Origin: a virus
IMG/VR virus record: IMGVR_UViG_3300031521_000011
Coordinates: 1 to 64,000 of that record
Reading direction: 5' to 3' (one strand)
Length of the DNA: 64,000 bases
The translations under genes were made by a program, and so were the position numbers. The notes under the pieces are model-generated. The model was not told the origin of the DNA. It did not search any database and worked only from the letters and a program-made list of their open reading frames with translations. Positions 17,851-28,294 of the stretch are shown one piece after another (position 1 is the first letter of the stretch; every line of letters begins with the position of its first letter).

Positions 17851-19974
17851 GTGCGAGAGATGTTAAAACGGGCTGCATTGAATAAAGATGTAAAGTTAAG
17901 ACCACACCAACAGCGCATCGTTGATGCTGAAGGTGATGGCATCGTTATAGCACACGCACCCGGCAGCGGGAAGACACTCAGCAGCATAGCTCGATTCGAG
18001 AAGCAGAAAGCCAATGGTAAGGCCAAGAAAGCCCTCGTTGTTGTGCCTGCAGGTCTCCGAGACAACTTTGGTGTTTCTGGTGTTGGTAAATTCACAAATA
18101 GCTCTTATCAAATCATAGGCAACAAGCAGGAGATCTCTAGTGGATCCGCATACGGCAATCCAGATCCCAACAAAGATTACAACATCATCTCCTATGAGAT
18201 GTTCAGGAGCAATCCTGATTATTATATAAAGGCTACGGGTGCAGACACCCTCATTTCAGATGAAGCCCATCGCGGAAAGAATGAGGACACTGCGACCCTG
18301 AAGAGCATTCGTAAATCACGCCCGAAATTCAAAAACTACACAGGCCTCACCGGAAGCGTGATCTCGAACAAGATATCCGATGTCTATCCTTTAATTGATG
18401 TGGCATCGGGCGGGAATAATCAACTCGGCGTAAAGAACAAGGACGAGTTTGAGTCGAGGTATCTAGCCCGCAGCAATGAAAAGGCGTATCGAGGAATGCC
18501 GCCGGCAAGGATTCCAGTAGTTGGATTCAAGCATAGGGGCCAACTGAAGAGTGAACTCGGAAAATATATCGATTACATGGATGAGGATGACATATCTGAT
18601 GTGGCTGATATGCCTCGTAAGAAGGTCAATGTCAAAAAGGTCCCCATGACAAAGGAGCAGGCCAAGCTCTACAAGGGAATACTGAATGACAACCCGAAGG
18701 TACGGCAGATGATCGTCAGAAAGCGCCTGGAGACACTCAAAGATGATGAGCTATCGAAGCTCTATTCGTCAATGATAGAGTCCAGGAAACTAGTCAATAG
18801 CGTGGGCTCCGTGACCCCGGGTATGTCTTTAAGGGAAAGCCTAAAGAGAACGCCGAAGACATCTCAGATGCTGGATGATCTGTCTGATCATTTGAGCAAA
18901 ACCAAAGATGGCCAGGCTATCGTGATGAGTCATCTCATCAATGGTGGAATTGATATTGCAGAGCAAGGCCTCAAGGACCGCAAGATATCATATGGTAAGT
19001 TCATTGGTAAGGGCAACGAGGGTGTATCAGAGGAGTCCAGGCAAAAGGCTGTTCAGGATTTTAACAAGAGGAAGAATCGCGTGATGCTTCTCTCTTCTGC
19101 CGGCGGAGAAGGCGTTTCCCTGAATGATACAACATGGGAAGGTGTCCTGGACCCACATTATAATCCTGAGAAGATGAAACAGATGGAGGCTCGGGGCATC
19201 CGGAGTGGCGGATTGAGCCATAGGCCACGTGAAAATCGTGAAGTCGAGGTCAATAGATACATGTCCACGATGCCTCGGCGCTTATTCGGCATGCTGCCAC
19301 CCAAGTATAAAAGCCCGGATGAGGTCATATACGACATCGCCAATCGCAAAGAGCAGCAGAACAAGATTTTACAAAACCTTATGAAGGAGAATCACAAGAA
19401 GATGGAAAAGATATCGATGGAGAAGATCGCCACATCCGCCTGGAAGAGTCGTGTTCGTAATATGATTCATGCCGGTGACCTTAAGGGTGCGTCAAATATA
19501 CTTGGAAGATTTCGTGCTGGTGCAATCAACTCGGAAGTCCCAGACTTTATGAGCACGGTTGGGCATGGATCCAGCGCAGATATGATAGAGGGCGAGATGA
19601 GGTCCAACTGGAAGAACCTCATTCACACCAAAGAGCCGCGGTACAAATCTACACAGCCACTTACTTCTGATGGCTCATATCCGGAAAGTGCACATGCAAT
19701 GCATAAGCTTCTTAATGATGGCAGCATAAATCTGGTGAGGTCAACACTTGGGCCCGATGACTTTACCAGAAAAATGATGAGATCAAAAAGAATGAGAAAT
19801 GAGTTAATGAGGGCGCGTAAGACATATGATGATGCAGGCGTTCTTGCTGCTACAAGTCGTAAAGGAGATCTGGGCAGAAAGACCAAGCAGAAATTGGACG
19901 ACTCTATGGATGAACTGGTAAACGCCAAAGTAAATGCTCGGCACATGATTCATATAAATAAGAACACAAAGTAG
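17851..19974 (+). CDS. SNF2-like superfamily 2 helicase with an appended MEKISMEKIA module
   Basis: LRPHQ, APGSGKT, VVVPA, SDEAH, GLTGS, AGGEGVSL, YNP..QMEARGIR; extra module of about 190 aa from 19402. Confidence 0.88.
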   Translation: MREMLKRAALNKDVKLRPHQQRIVDAEGDGIVIAHAPGSGKTLSSIARFEKQKANGKAKKALVVVPAGLRDNFGVSGVGKFTNSSYQIIGNKQEISSGSAYGNPDPNKDYNIISYEMFRSNPDYYIKATGADTLISDEAHRGKNEDTATLKSIRKSRPKFKNYTGLTGSVISNKISDVYPLIDVASGGNNQLGVKNKDEFESRYLARSNEKAYRGMPPARIPVVGFKHRGQLKSELGKYIDYMDEDDISDVADMPRKKVNVKKVPMTKEQAKLYKGILNDNPKVRQMIVRKRLETLKDDELSKLYSSMIESRKLVNSVGSVTPGMSLRESLKRTPKTSQMLDDLSDHLSKTKDGQAIVMSHLINGGIDIAEQGLKDRKISYGKFIGKGNEGVSEESRQKAVQDFNKRKNRVMLLSSAGGEGVSLNDTTWEGVLDPHYNPEKMKQMEARGIRSGGLSHRPRENREVEVNRYMSTMPRRLFGMLPPKYKSPDEVIYDIANRKEQQNKILQNLMKENHKKMEKISMEKIATSAWKSRVRNMIHAGDLKGASNILGRFRAGAINSEVPDFMSTVGHGSSADMIEGEMRSNWKNLIHTKEPRYKSTQPLTSDGSYPESAHAMHKLLNDGSINLVRSTLGPDDFTRKMMRSKRMRNELMRARKTYDDAGVLAATSRKGDLGRKTKQKLDDSMDELVNAKVNARHMIHINKNTK

Positions 19975-19982
19975 GTGCCGTA

Positions 19983-21338
19983 ATGGAAAAGATATCGATG
20001 GAAAAGATTGCCGCCGCTTTTGGGATAATAACTTTCCCAAAGGCGGAGTATAACTCATTAACGAATAGGCTTGCCCAGGGCAAGCCTATAATGACAACTA
20101 GGGTGAGTTTAGAAAAAGATAAATACAAAGTAGGAAAGGTATATAGATCAGACCTTGGGGTAAAATTAAAAGTTGTAAGTGTGAAGTCTTACAACTCTAT
20201 TAATGAACATCCCTATTTAGGTGAGTTGACATCAACTCAAAAGAATGCAATCTCTAAATATGGACCGTATGATTTTATCGTACTTAGAAAAGTCTCTGAA
20301 GCAATGAATAAAGATGCTATGGAGAAGATAGCCCTTCCGAAATGGAAAAGCATATATGGGGAGCTCTCTCAGTTTGCAAAGAACAAGCTCTTAATGAGCG
20401 GCATTCATAACCCTGAAAAGGAAATGTTTGGCATACAAAAAGGAACTAGGCAACTTGTTAAGTCTCAGGGCGGGATTATTGATAGATCAAAAACTGGTCA
20501 TAAGATAATCCATGAGATTATGACCAGAGGAAAACAAATGGGAGATAGCTCAGAAGAGATTGATGCTTTAAAAAATATAGTGAGTCTCAAGCATGATCGT
20601 GGGCGTGGGTTCATGACAATTCCTATGGTTAAAGGCGTACCAAATGTTACTGATTCAAAATCAATTGTTGGGCAAGGTAGTTATAAAAGACACTTAAGTC
20701 CAGAACCAGCAGAATTTTTAAAAAAACAGAATAGACTGTCTGGAGATGATTTATTTCAATTTGTACACGACGCTATGAAAAAGGGTACAAAATCTGAGCG
20801 CAATTATTTAGATGCATTGGCAAATCGGCACGAGGCTGACGAATTGAGATACTTCAATAAAAATACCAAACTAGGTAAGCACACAAAGATGACAGAAAAA
20901 GGTGAGTGGCCTAGAACAAGTATCCTGGGCCACCACATATCCCCCAACGTATTACATCAAGAATCCACACACATAGCTCTTGCTCCACCGAATGTTGGAA
21001 ATGTGTTACTAACCATGCGTGGTAGTCCAGATTACGGAGATGAGGGAGTATGGTTAAAAAAGCATGGTTTGGAATATGGAAAAAGCACAAGGTTCAATAA
21101 AAAACTTGCAAAGAAACTCGATGACGATTTGATACGCACTAGTATTGAATATGAGGCGCGCTCCAAACGTCTTGCTGAATATAAAGCACGCTCAGCTAAA
21201 TGGGAAGCAGAGGATGCAATTGATCAAGCTAATTATGACGCTAAACTCAAGAATACCAATGACTTTAATGATAGAAGAAAAGTAATGGATGAATATTATG
21301 AATCTAAACGTCAAAAACGCATGGACAGATATAAATAA
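19983..21338 (+). CDS. MEKISMEKIA-leader protein with two modules
   Basis: N-terminal leader plus internal KDAMEKIA at about 20310-20333; highly basic. Confidence 0.7.
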   Translation: MEKISMEKIAAAFGIITFPKAEYNSLTNRLAQGKPIMTTRVSLEKDKYKVGKVYRSDLGVKLKVVSVKSYNSINEHPYLGELTSTQKNAISKYGPYDFIVLRKVSEAMNKDAMEKIALPKWKSIYGELSQFAKNKLLMSGIHNPEKEMFGIQKGTRQLVKSQGGIIDRSKTGHKIIHEIMTRGKQMGDSSEEIDALKNIVSLKHDRGRGFMTIPMVKGVPNVTDSKSIVGQGSYKRHLSPEPAEFLKKQNRLSGDDLFQFVHDAMKKGTKSERNYLDALANRHEADELRYFNKNTKLGKHTKMTEKGEWPRTSILGHHISPNVLHQESTHIALAPPNVGNVLLTMRGSPDYGDEGVWLKKHGLEYGKSTRFNKKLAKKLDDDLIRTSIEYEARSKRLAEYKARSAKWEAEDAIDQANYDAKLKNTNDFNDRRKVMDEYYESKRQKRMDRYK

Positions 21339-21358
21339 AACAAGAGTAGGTGAATGTG

Positions 21359-22084
21359 ATGGAAAAGATATCGATGGAGAAGATTGCCCTGAACGCTCAG
21401 AAAGCCCGGGAGATGGCAAGCGCCGCCGGGCTTCTTCCTTATGGTAAGTGGAAGATAGCATTGAAGGCTATGAGGAATGGTCGGGGCGATCTCCTTCAAG
21501 GCCGTGCGCTCGCTGAGACTAAGCAAAAGCTGGGTAAGTTACCGAATAATGTAAGGCAAAGGATACTGAGCATAAATGATCGATATAATCCAGGTAAAGA
21601 AATTCTGGTTGCCATGGATAAGCAGTGGGATAGCAATAAATACGAGAGACCATACTTCACTCTTGGTGGTCATGATATCTCAACCAGGGCCGGTCTTTCT
21701 AAACTTATTGCCCATACTCACCCACAAGAGTCGTTAACGAAGACATTAAGATCAAAGATGACGGTGAATAGAGTAAAGGAGCTTTACTTACCAAGGCGTC
21801 AGAGAATTATCGATACTATGGATTTGAATGATCCTAAGGTTGCTGCTCGGCTCCGTAATTTGGATTCTATCTGGGATAGTACAAAAAATCTTGAGAAAAT
21901 GCTTAAAGAGCCGCAGTCAGGAATGAGTAGCACAGATCTTTCATCTGCAGTAGAGGATATTCGCCAGCTTGGAACGAGTCATGATCGTTCAAGTATTATA
22001 GGCCATGGCGACCAAACCGAAGGTATCCACACCGTTATGCCTGACGGCCGTGCAAAGTCCATCTACTTCAAGTATAATAAGTAG
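21359..22084 (+). CDS. MEKISMEKIA-leader protein with a possible JAB/MPN-like motif
   Basis: Leader; E...IAHTHP...SSTD. Confidence 0.65.
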   Translation: MEKISMEKIALNAQKAREMASAAGLLPYGKWKIALKAMRNGRGDLLQGRALAETKQKLGKLPNNVRQRILSINDRYNPGKEILVAMDKQWDSNKYERPYFTLGGHDISTRAGLSKLIAHTHPQESLTKTLRSKMTVNRVKELYLPRRQRIIDTMDLNDPKVAARLRNLDSIWDSTKNLEKMLKEPQSGMSSTDLSSAVEDIRQLGTSHDRSSIIGHGDQTEGIHTVMPDGRAKSIYFKYNK

Positions 22085-22099
22085 TATGGGGGTGGGCTT

Positions 22100-24238
22100 G
22101 TGGCAATCTATGTCGATGGAATGAATATCAATGGTATCATTGAGCTCGGTCAGCAAAAAGAATACGGTATAAAGAAGGTATATGCATCACTACAGGATAC
22201 CCAGTTGTCTCGTGCAACTATGGAATCTTTGCTTTTTCGCATACTCTTTCAGCTACCTGATGAAACCACACTTATGTCTCCCGAGCTTATCTTTACTGAT
22301 GGTGAAGCTGAATACACTATAGAGGAAATCCTCACCCTGAAGCATGGCTATGGTTCAGCTCAGCTCATCGCTTCGCTTGGAGCTGATATAGTCTGGAGAG
22401 ATCACATTTTTCCAACCCTTGTCAAACCCTCAATCGATGAAGGCGATACTCCACCGGATGCCGTACCGAGCTGGATAACTCAGCTCAACGCATCAAAAAG
22501 AGATGCAGATATAGCGTCGGCAGCCGCAATTGAAGCTGCAGCAAGTATAGCGCTTGGCATAGAAGAAGGATTATTCACTGGGCCTACTGGACCTACCGGC
22601 GTTGGTATCACTGGTATGATAGGCCCTACCGGAGCGGATAGCATTGTGCCTGGTTCAACAGGTCCCACCGGACCGACAGGCATTGGAATCACCGGCATGA
22701 CCGGCCCTACAGGTGTTGGTATTACTGGTGTTACTGGCATAACAGGAATCACTGGATCTACTGGTCCAATTGGCCTAGCAGGAATTACTGGTATAACAGG
22801 CGCAACTGGCCCTACAGGTATCGGTATTATAGGTGTTAAGGGAATTACAGGCGCAACGGGTGTAACTGGGATAACAGGCATAACCGGCCATACTGGTTCG
22901 GTTGGAGTTACTGGAATCTCCGGAGTAACTGGCATGACTGGCCCTACAGGTATAAGCGGTGCTATTGGAATCTCTGGAGCAACAGGTCAAGCTGGACCTA
23001 TTGGACAAACAGGCGCCGGAGTAACTGGCGCTACTGGTGCTGTAGGCTCCACAGGCCCCGCAGGAACGACGGGAGTAACAGGTGCCACTGGAATAGGTGT
23101 AACCGGCGCGAGTGGTCCTGCTGGACAGACAGGCGCCGTTGGACCTACTGGAGCGAGTGGACAGACAGGCATCGGTGTAACCGGAGCTACTGGAGTGGGT
23201 ATAACGGGTGCCACAGGACCTATTGGAGTTACTGGAGCTACTGGAGTCGGAGTCACTGGTGCAACTGGGCAAACCGGACCTACAGGTATATCGGGCGTCA
23301 AGGGAATCACTGGTGCGACAGGAGCTACTGGTGGTACTGGCGCTGCAGGCGCTATGGGAATAAGTGGACCTACCGGAATTGGTGTAACGGGTGCAGTAGG
23401 TGTCACTGGCGCAACTGGTCCTATAGGAATAACTGGTCCTCAGGGTATAACTGGCCCCACCGGGGCTGGGGTCACTGGCATAACCGGCGCGAGCGGTATT
23501 GGTAGCACTGGACCTCAAGGTGTAACCGGCGCAACTGGCGTTGGCATCACAGGCCAAACAGGTCCAACCGGCATTAGTGGTCCTCCAGGTCCTACAGGTA
23601 TTGGTGTAACAGGCGTAACAGGTGCTACTGGCCCTACTGGTGGCACTGGCGCAGTAGGCGGAAATGGAACGCAAGGCATAACGGGTGCAACAGGCCCTAC
23701 TGGTGGCACTGGCGCAGTAGGCGGAAATGGAACACAAGGCATAACGGGTGCAACAGGCCCTACTGGTGGCACTGGTGGCACCGGTGCTGCAGGCGGTAAC
23801 GGAGTACAAGGGGTCACTGGTGTGACGGGTGCTACCGGTACGGGAATTGCTGGTATGACAGGAGTAACTGGCGTTGGAATAACGGGCGCAACAGGTGCTA
23901 CTGGACCTACAGGTGCTCCCGGTGCAACCGGAGGAACTGGTGCTCCTGGTGCAGCAGGTGGTGGGTCAAGCATCGTCTCAGCGGCCATTACATCCAATAC
24001 AGTCATTTCAAACCAAACATTAGTTTTATGTAACGCTACGAATGGACCATTCTCTGTGACTCTTCCTTCAGGTAGTACGGCAACAACCCCTATCTATATC
24101 AAGAAAACAGATTCCAGTAAAAATGTCGTTACTGTTGTTGGTACTATAGACGGAGGTGCTAATTATCTGTTAGAATTGAAAGGTGAATTTGTCGAAGTAG
24201 CTCCGGATGGAACAAACTGGCAAGTAGTCGCTGAATGA
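22100..24238 (+). CDS. Collagen-like (G-X-T repeat) fibre protein
   Basis: About 460 aa of GPT/GVT/GAT triplets; C-terminal beta-rich fibre module (SVTLPS...DGTNWQVV). Confidence 0.85.
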   Translation: MAIYVDGMNINGIIELGQQKEYGIKKVYASLQDTQLSRATMESLLFRILFQLPDETTLMSPELIFTDGEAEYTIEEILTLKHGYGSAQLIASLGADIVWRDHIFPTLVKPSIDEGDTPPDAVPSWITQLNASKRDADIASAAAIEAAASIALGIEEGLFTGPTGPTGVGITGMIGPTGADSIVPGSTGPTGPTGIGITGMTGPTGVGITGVTGITGITGSTGPIGLAGITGITGATGPTGIGIIGVKGITGATGVTGITGITGHTGSVGVTGISGVTGMTGPTGISGAIGISGATGQAGPIGQTGAGVTGATGAVGSTGPAGTTGVTGATGIGVTGASGPAGQTGAVGPTGASGQTGIGVTGATGVGITGATGPIGVTGATGVGVTGATGQTGPTGISGVKGITGATGATGGTGAAGAMGISGPTGIGVTGAVGVTGATGPIGITGPQGITGPTGAGVTGITGASGIGSTGPQGVTGATGVGITGQTGPTGISGPPGPTGIGVTGVTGATGPTGGTGAVGGNGTQGITGATGPTGGTGAVGGNGTQGITGATGPTGGTGGTGAAGGNGVQGVTGVTGATGTGIAGMTGVTGVGITGATGATGPTGAPGATGGTGAPGAAGGGSSIVSAAITSNTVISNQTLVLCNATNGPFSVTLPSGSTATTPIYIKKTDSSKNVVTVVGTIDGGANYLLELKGEFVEVAPDGTNWQVVAE

Positions 24239-24248
24239 GGTGAAATAA

Positions 24249-24668
24249 ATGTCTGATAAATTCGTAAAGGCGAGAGATGCTCAGGGAAATCCAATTGAGG
24301 TAGCGAGCGAAAATGGACTCGGCGTAGTAGCCAACATTCTCTATCTGCTTCGTAGGATTGTAAAGTTGCTTGAGTCAAACGCTGTAACAGATTCGCAACA
24401 GCGCCAAAAGGTTGTTGTTGAAGGTACAGTAGCTGCATCATTAGCTGCCTCAAGCGGTACATCTGTAATCTCCGGTACAGTTACGGCTAACATAGCCGGT
24501 TCGGCAGGAGTCGGCTCTCTTGTTGCGAATACGGCTGCAGGCAGTCCTTATGCCTCATCAAGTCAAACAGCCCAACTGGTTATGGAAGGTCCTGTTTCTC
24601 AAGAGTGGCGTATAATTGATGCCGCAAGAACTTCATTCGCAGTTGGAATAAGAACAAAGTTAACATAA
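24249..24668 (+). CDS. Hypothetical virion protein (fibre-associated)
   Basis: GAGGTG RBS; lies between two fibre-like genes. Confidence 0.65.
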   Translation: MSDKFVKARDAQGNPIEVASENGLGVVANILYLLRRIVKLLESNAVTDSQQRQKVVVEGTVAASLAASSGTSVISGTVTANIAGSAGVGSLVANTAAGSPYASSSQTAQLVMEGPVSQEWRIIDAARTSFAVGIRTKLT

Positions 24669-24681
24669 GGTGGTGTGACAT

Positions 24682-27510
24682 ATGCCTTTGACAAATAGTT
24701 TGAAAACAAAACTTGATCTTCCTGTATTTGAATGGTTGAGGTTTGCCCCCACTGCTACGGCAGCGACGTCGGCGATGTGTTTTGGTGATACATTAACTGA
24801 GCGGTACATGTATTATGTAACAGGAGTAAACTTCTATCGATATGATACAATCTCGGATTCATGGCAGACGCTTGCAAGTATCCCAACATGCGTCACTACT
24901 GTAGCGCTGAAGTATACTTCTTTCGGAGGATATCGCGGAAATATCCTCAGCGCCGGAGCGGCCAATGCTGTTATTCCTGGATTAAAGGGTACTCCATTGG
25001 TCGGATATAAAATCAGAATTATGAGCGGAACCGGCCAGGGTCAAGAAAGAACAATAAATGCATGTGCTGACGCGAAAGTTTACGATCACGGCATTGCCTC
25101 ATCTATCGGTGCTGGCGTATCCATTGTCGATAACTTGAAAAAGTGGCTGCCAAATCAGTGGGTAGGTTATCAGGTGCGTGTCGTTCTCGGTACAGGCTTC
25201 ACACAAGTCAGAAAAGTTCTGTATAATGATGCGACAACCCTTTATTTCCAGGATCCAAACTATCAGCAGCTTGAGCCATTCAATAACACATGGTTTGCTA
25301 CAGCGCCTGCTGCAGGTTCTCATTATTACATTGAAGCATCCACAATTACTGTTGATTCTTCATGGACCGTACAGCCAGATGTGACTTCCAGCTTCTGCAT
25401 TTTAAGCGGCGGCGTATGGGCGATAACAGCTACTGCAGTAGCTCCTTTCGCGGCTTATTATTATTACGATATTTTGACTGATACATGGAATAATAAGACA
25501 AGCCCGGGTGGGCATTTATATGCGGCGTTGGCAACGGATTGGTCTCTCGAAAGAACCGGCGAAGTCGGAGGATATTACGAAGCTGACACGACAGCGTCTT
25601 CCGGAGCCGCCAGGAGTATTACCTGCTCTGGTAAAACATATACGGCAGATATTTACTCAAATTACCAAATCAGGATCATATCAGGTACTGGAGTTGGACA
25701 ACGCCGCAGAATCATTGGAAATACTGCAGATACATTCTATGTAGATCGTCCATGGGATACAAATCCAGATAGTACATCCCATTTTGCTGTTCTTGGGAAT
25801 GTGGACAATATGTATCTGGTTGGCAACGGCGGCGGAACAATGTATAAATATTCCGTTGAGATTGATTACTGGGCTACGGGTGAATGCTCAGACTTCGGAA
25901 CAGCGGGAAATATGTCTTGCAAGTTTGCAGGGCAAGAAATGTTCACATTGACTTCTGCAACAAAGAACGCAGCCGGTATCCTAACTGTTGCAGTCAATGC
26001 TCCAGGCACAAACTATGTAGTCGGTGACATATTGACACTGTCTACTACTGGTACAGGTGCCAAAGTCAGGGTTGCAGCGGTTACCACATCAGGAGCAGTT
26101 AGCGCAGTAACCCTATATGCATCAGGAACTGGCTACACTTCGGTTACATCATCTGCGACAACAGGTGGTGCTGGTTCGGGTTGTACCATTACGACTACAG
26201 TCGGAGCGGTGGCTAGGGTTGTTACGGTACAGAATCACAATCTCTGCGTTGGTGACTCAGTTACTATTGCTGGCGTGGCAGATTCCTACTACAACGGAGC
26301 ATTCACTATAATCGGCGTGGATGGCATAGCAGGTTTTGATATTGCCATCAGTGCATCGGCAGCGGCGTCAGCATCGGCAAGCTTATCAAACAGTACGACA
26401 TTACTGGTTGATGCTTCAAAGAACTGGACAGCTCACGAGTTGATTGGAAAAATCCTCCATATTGCTGTCGCCGGTGTTTCACCAACCATTCAAAGCAGAA
26501 GGATCACAGAAAATACGGCGACATCAATCACGGTTGCCACGCTAACAGCGCAGGCTGTCAATGGTACATCGAGATATACCATCCAGGAACCATTTGCCTT
26601 TGGCCGTGATGAGCAATGGAAAGAGGCAGGATTCACCAATAACGGCTATGCCACAGGCGGCAGTGGAACAACCCTCATTGATTCCACAAAGACATGGTAT
26701 CTTAACCAGTGGGCTGGTTATAGAATCCGTATTGTAAGCGGAACTGGATTCGGAAGTGAGTTTGCTATCACATCCAATACATCAACAACGCTCACGTATT
26801 CTTCGCAAGGCTTCACACCAGATGCCACGACAAAGTACCTCATCATGGACACGTTTGGTATCGCAACAACCCTTACAAACTCAACAAATGCTGTAGTGAC
26901 GGATACTACGAAAGGATGGCCAGTGAATATATGGGCAGGTCAAAAACTCAGGATTACTGCAGGTGCTGGTATCGGTCAGGAAATCGTCATAACATCGAAT
27001 ACAGCCACAGCAATTACTTGCACGGGCGTCTTCGCTACAGCGCCAGATACGACATCTATGTATACGATCCTCGGATTACCAAATAGGGGTGCTGGAACGA
27101 ACATTTCGTGGTTATTTGGCGGTTCTATTGCGGTAAATAAGGGAAGATATATGCTGAGTTCACGCGGAGGCGGTTCTAACGCAATAGATAGGTTTGACAT
27201 CACAACTGGTGTTTGGGATTACACCATATTCATCATTCCTCAAACAGAAACGATGAATACTGGTACGATGTATACCTATGATGGTGGCGACTGGGTTTAC
27301 TTTACCAATGCAACAACATCATCATCTAAAATATTCAGGATCAATGTCAATACCTGGAAGGTTGAGCCTTGCACAGCGGCGCCCTATGGACACAACACAG
27401 CGGTTATTGGTAATAGAATGGAAATCGTTCAGACAGATGACGGTCTCCAGTTCTTATATATCATGCGACATACGGGCCAAGAAATGTGGAGAGTCCTGAT
27501 TTTCTGGTGA
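24682..27510 (+). CDS. Large Thr/Gly-rich repeat protein, putative tail fibre or receptor-binding protein
   Basis: Repeated NQWxGYxIRIxSGTGxGQ..IxxNT units; propeller-like YRYDT/RFDIT blades at both ends. Confidence 0.7.
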   Translation: MPLTNSLKTKLDLPVFEWLRFAPTATAATSAMCFGDTLTERYMYYVTGVNFYRYDTISDSWQTLASIPTCVTTVALKYTSFGGYRGNILSAGAANAVIPGLKGTPLVGYKIRIMSGTGQGQERTINACADAKVYDHGIASSIGAGVSIVDNLKKWLPNQWVGYQVRVVLGTGFTQVRKVLYNDATTLYFQDPNYQQLEPFNNTWFATAPAAGSHYYIEASTITVDSSWTVQPDVTSSFCILSGGVWAITATAVAPFAAYYYYDILTDTWNNKTSPGGHLYAALATDWSLERTGEVGGYYEADTTASSGAARSITCSGKTYTADIYSNYQIRIISGTGVGQRRRIIGNTADTFYVDRPWDTNPDSTSHFAVLGNVDNMYLVGNGGGTMYKYSVEIDYWATGECSDFGTAGNMSCKFAGQEMFTLTSATKNAAGILTVAVNAPGTNYVVGDILTLSTTGTGAKVRVAAVTTSGAVSAVTLYASGTGYTSVTSSATTGGAGSGCTITTTVGAVARVVTVQNHNLCVGDSVTIAGVADSYYNGAFTIIGVDGIAGFDIAISASAAASASASLSNSTTLLVDASKNWTAHELIGKILHIAVAGVSPTIQSRRITENTATSITVATLTAQAVNGTSRYTIQEPFAFGRDEQWKEAGFTNNGYATGGSGTTLIDSTKTWYLNQWAGYRIRIVSGTGFGSEFAITSNTSTTLTYSSQGFTPDATTKYLIMDTFGIATTLTNSTNAVVTDTTKGWPVNIWAGQKLRITAGAGIGQEIVITSNTATAITCTGVFATAPDTTSMYTILGLPNRGAGTNISWLFGGSIAVNKGRYMLSSRGGGSNAIDRFDITTGVWDYTIFIIPQTETMNTGTMYTYDGGDWVYFTNATTSSSKIFRINVNTWKVEPCTAAPYGHNTAVIGNRMEIVQTDDGLQFLYIMRHTGQEMWRVLIFW

Positions 27511-27520
27511 GATTGAGGCC

Positions 27521-27563
27521 AAAAAAAAGAGAAGTGCCCGGCATAATGCCGGGCACTTTGTTT
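27521..27563. terminator. Bidirectional intrinsic terminator between convergent blocks
   Basis: A8 tract, AAGTGCCCGGCA-TAA-TGCCGGGCACTT, T-rich tail. Confidence 0.8.
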
Positions 27564-27897
27564 AATCTTTCAGAACAACATCATCGCCTCGGGTCAGTCC
27601 CCTAAAGGTATGCGGCTCATCAGTTTTGAGAGCCGGGATAAACACATCTTTGCGCGTTGCCCTTAACGCTGACACAACCGCCCAGTTAGCAAGGTAGATT
27701 GTGTCAGGTTCTTCTGGAGGTAGATGTTTAATTCCATCGGAAACCGCGACAACCACCGGCAATCCGGCAATGCGATCGACTTCCTTTAGGCTTACTTGGG
27801 AATTTGCGGCTTGCTCTTGTATTGATAGGGCATGGATAACTTTACCATTATCATCTACGAATTTGATCGGATGCCCTGTTAGGTTAACGATTTTCAT
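27562..27897 (-). CDS. Phage hypothetical protein, NLTxH family (paralogue of 35063..35410)
   Basis: MKIVNLTGHPI...LPPEEPDTIYL...RKDVFIP; RBS. Confidence 0.7.
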   Translation of the reverse strand: MKIVNLTGHPIKFVDDNGKVIHALSIQEQAANSQVSLKEVDRIAGLPVVVAVSDGIKHLPPEEPDTIYLANWAVVSALRATRKDVFIPALKTDEPHTFRGLTRGDDVVLKD

Positions 27898-28243
27898 AAC
27901 CAAGACCTCCCTGCGGGCTATTTGGTATGGCTGAGAATCCAAAGGTGAACTCGATTTCATACTGCGCACTCTCGTCGTATATGAAATACGACATCTTATA
28001 TCCGGCTGCAATACCTAAATTAGTAAGATCATTGATCAACAAGGCAGAAATCTTGTTGGCTTCACCATATGTGATCTTGACCGGGAAGATAGCCTTCTTT
28101 GCTCCAGTATTGAAGGCCTTTTCGATACAGGTATTGGCATCTCCGATGAGTAGATCAAGAAGCTCTGCATACTCTACTCTCAGTGGCTCGAAGAATCTCT
28201 CTGCACCGAAAAACGCAACGCTTGCAGGTATTAATTTAGACAT
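27884..28243 (-). CDS. Hypothetical protein
   Basis: AAGGAGGGG RBS; motif at 28261-28275. Confidence 0.65.
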   Translation of the reverse strand: MSKLIPASVAFFGAERFFEPLRVEYAELLDLLIGDANTCIEKAFNTGAKKAIFPVKITYGEANKISALLINDLTNLGIAAGYKMSYFIYDESAQYEIEFTFGFSAIPNSPQGGLGYENR

Positions 28244-28260
28244 GTGTTCCCCTCCTTGAG

Positions 28261-28275
28261 TTTTATTACTTATAC
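28261..28275 (-). promoter_or_regulatory. Representative copy of the conserved motif GTATAAGnnATAAAA (phage-specific promoter candidate)
   Basis: About 20 same-orientation copies, usually about 12-35 nt upstream of minus-strand starts (see findings). Confidence 0.7.
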
Positions 28276-28294
28276 GGACTTTTGGGTTTCAGAG

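Noticed and set aside
22480-24006. Long minus-strand Pro/Val- or Thr/Cys-rich ORFs
   Set aside because: Antisense shadows of the collagen repeat
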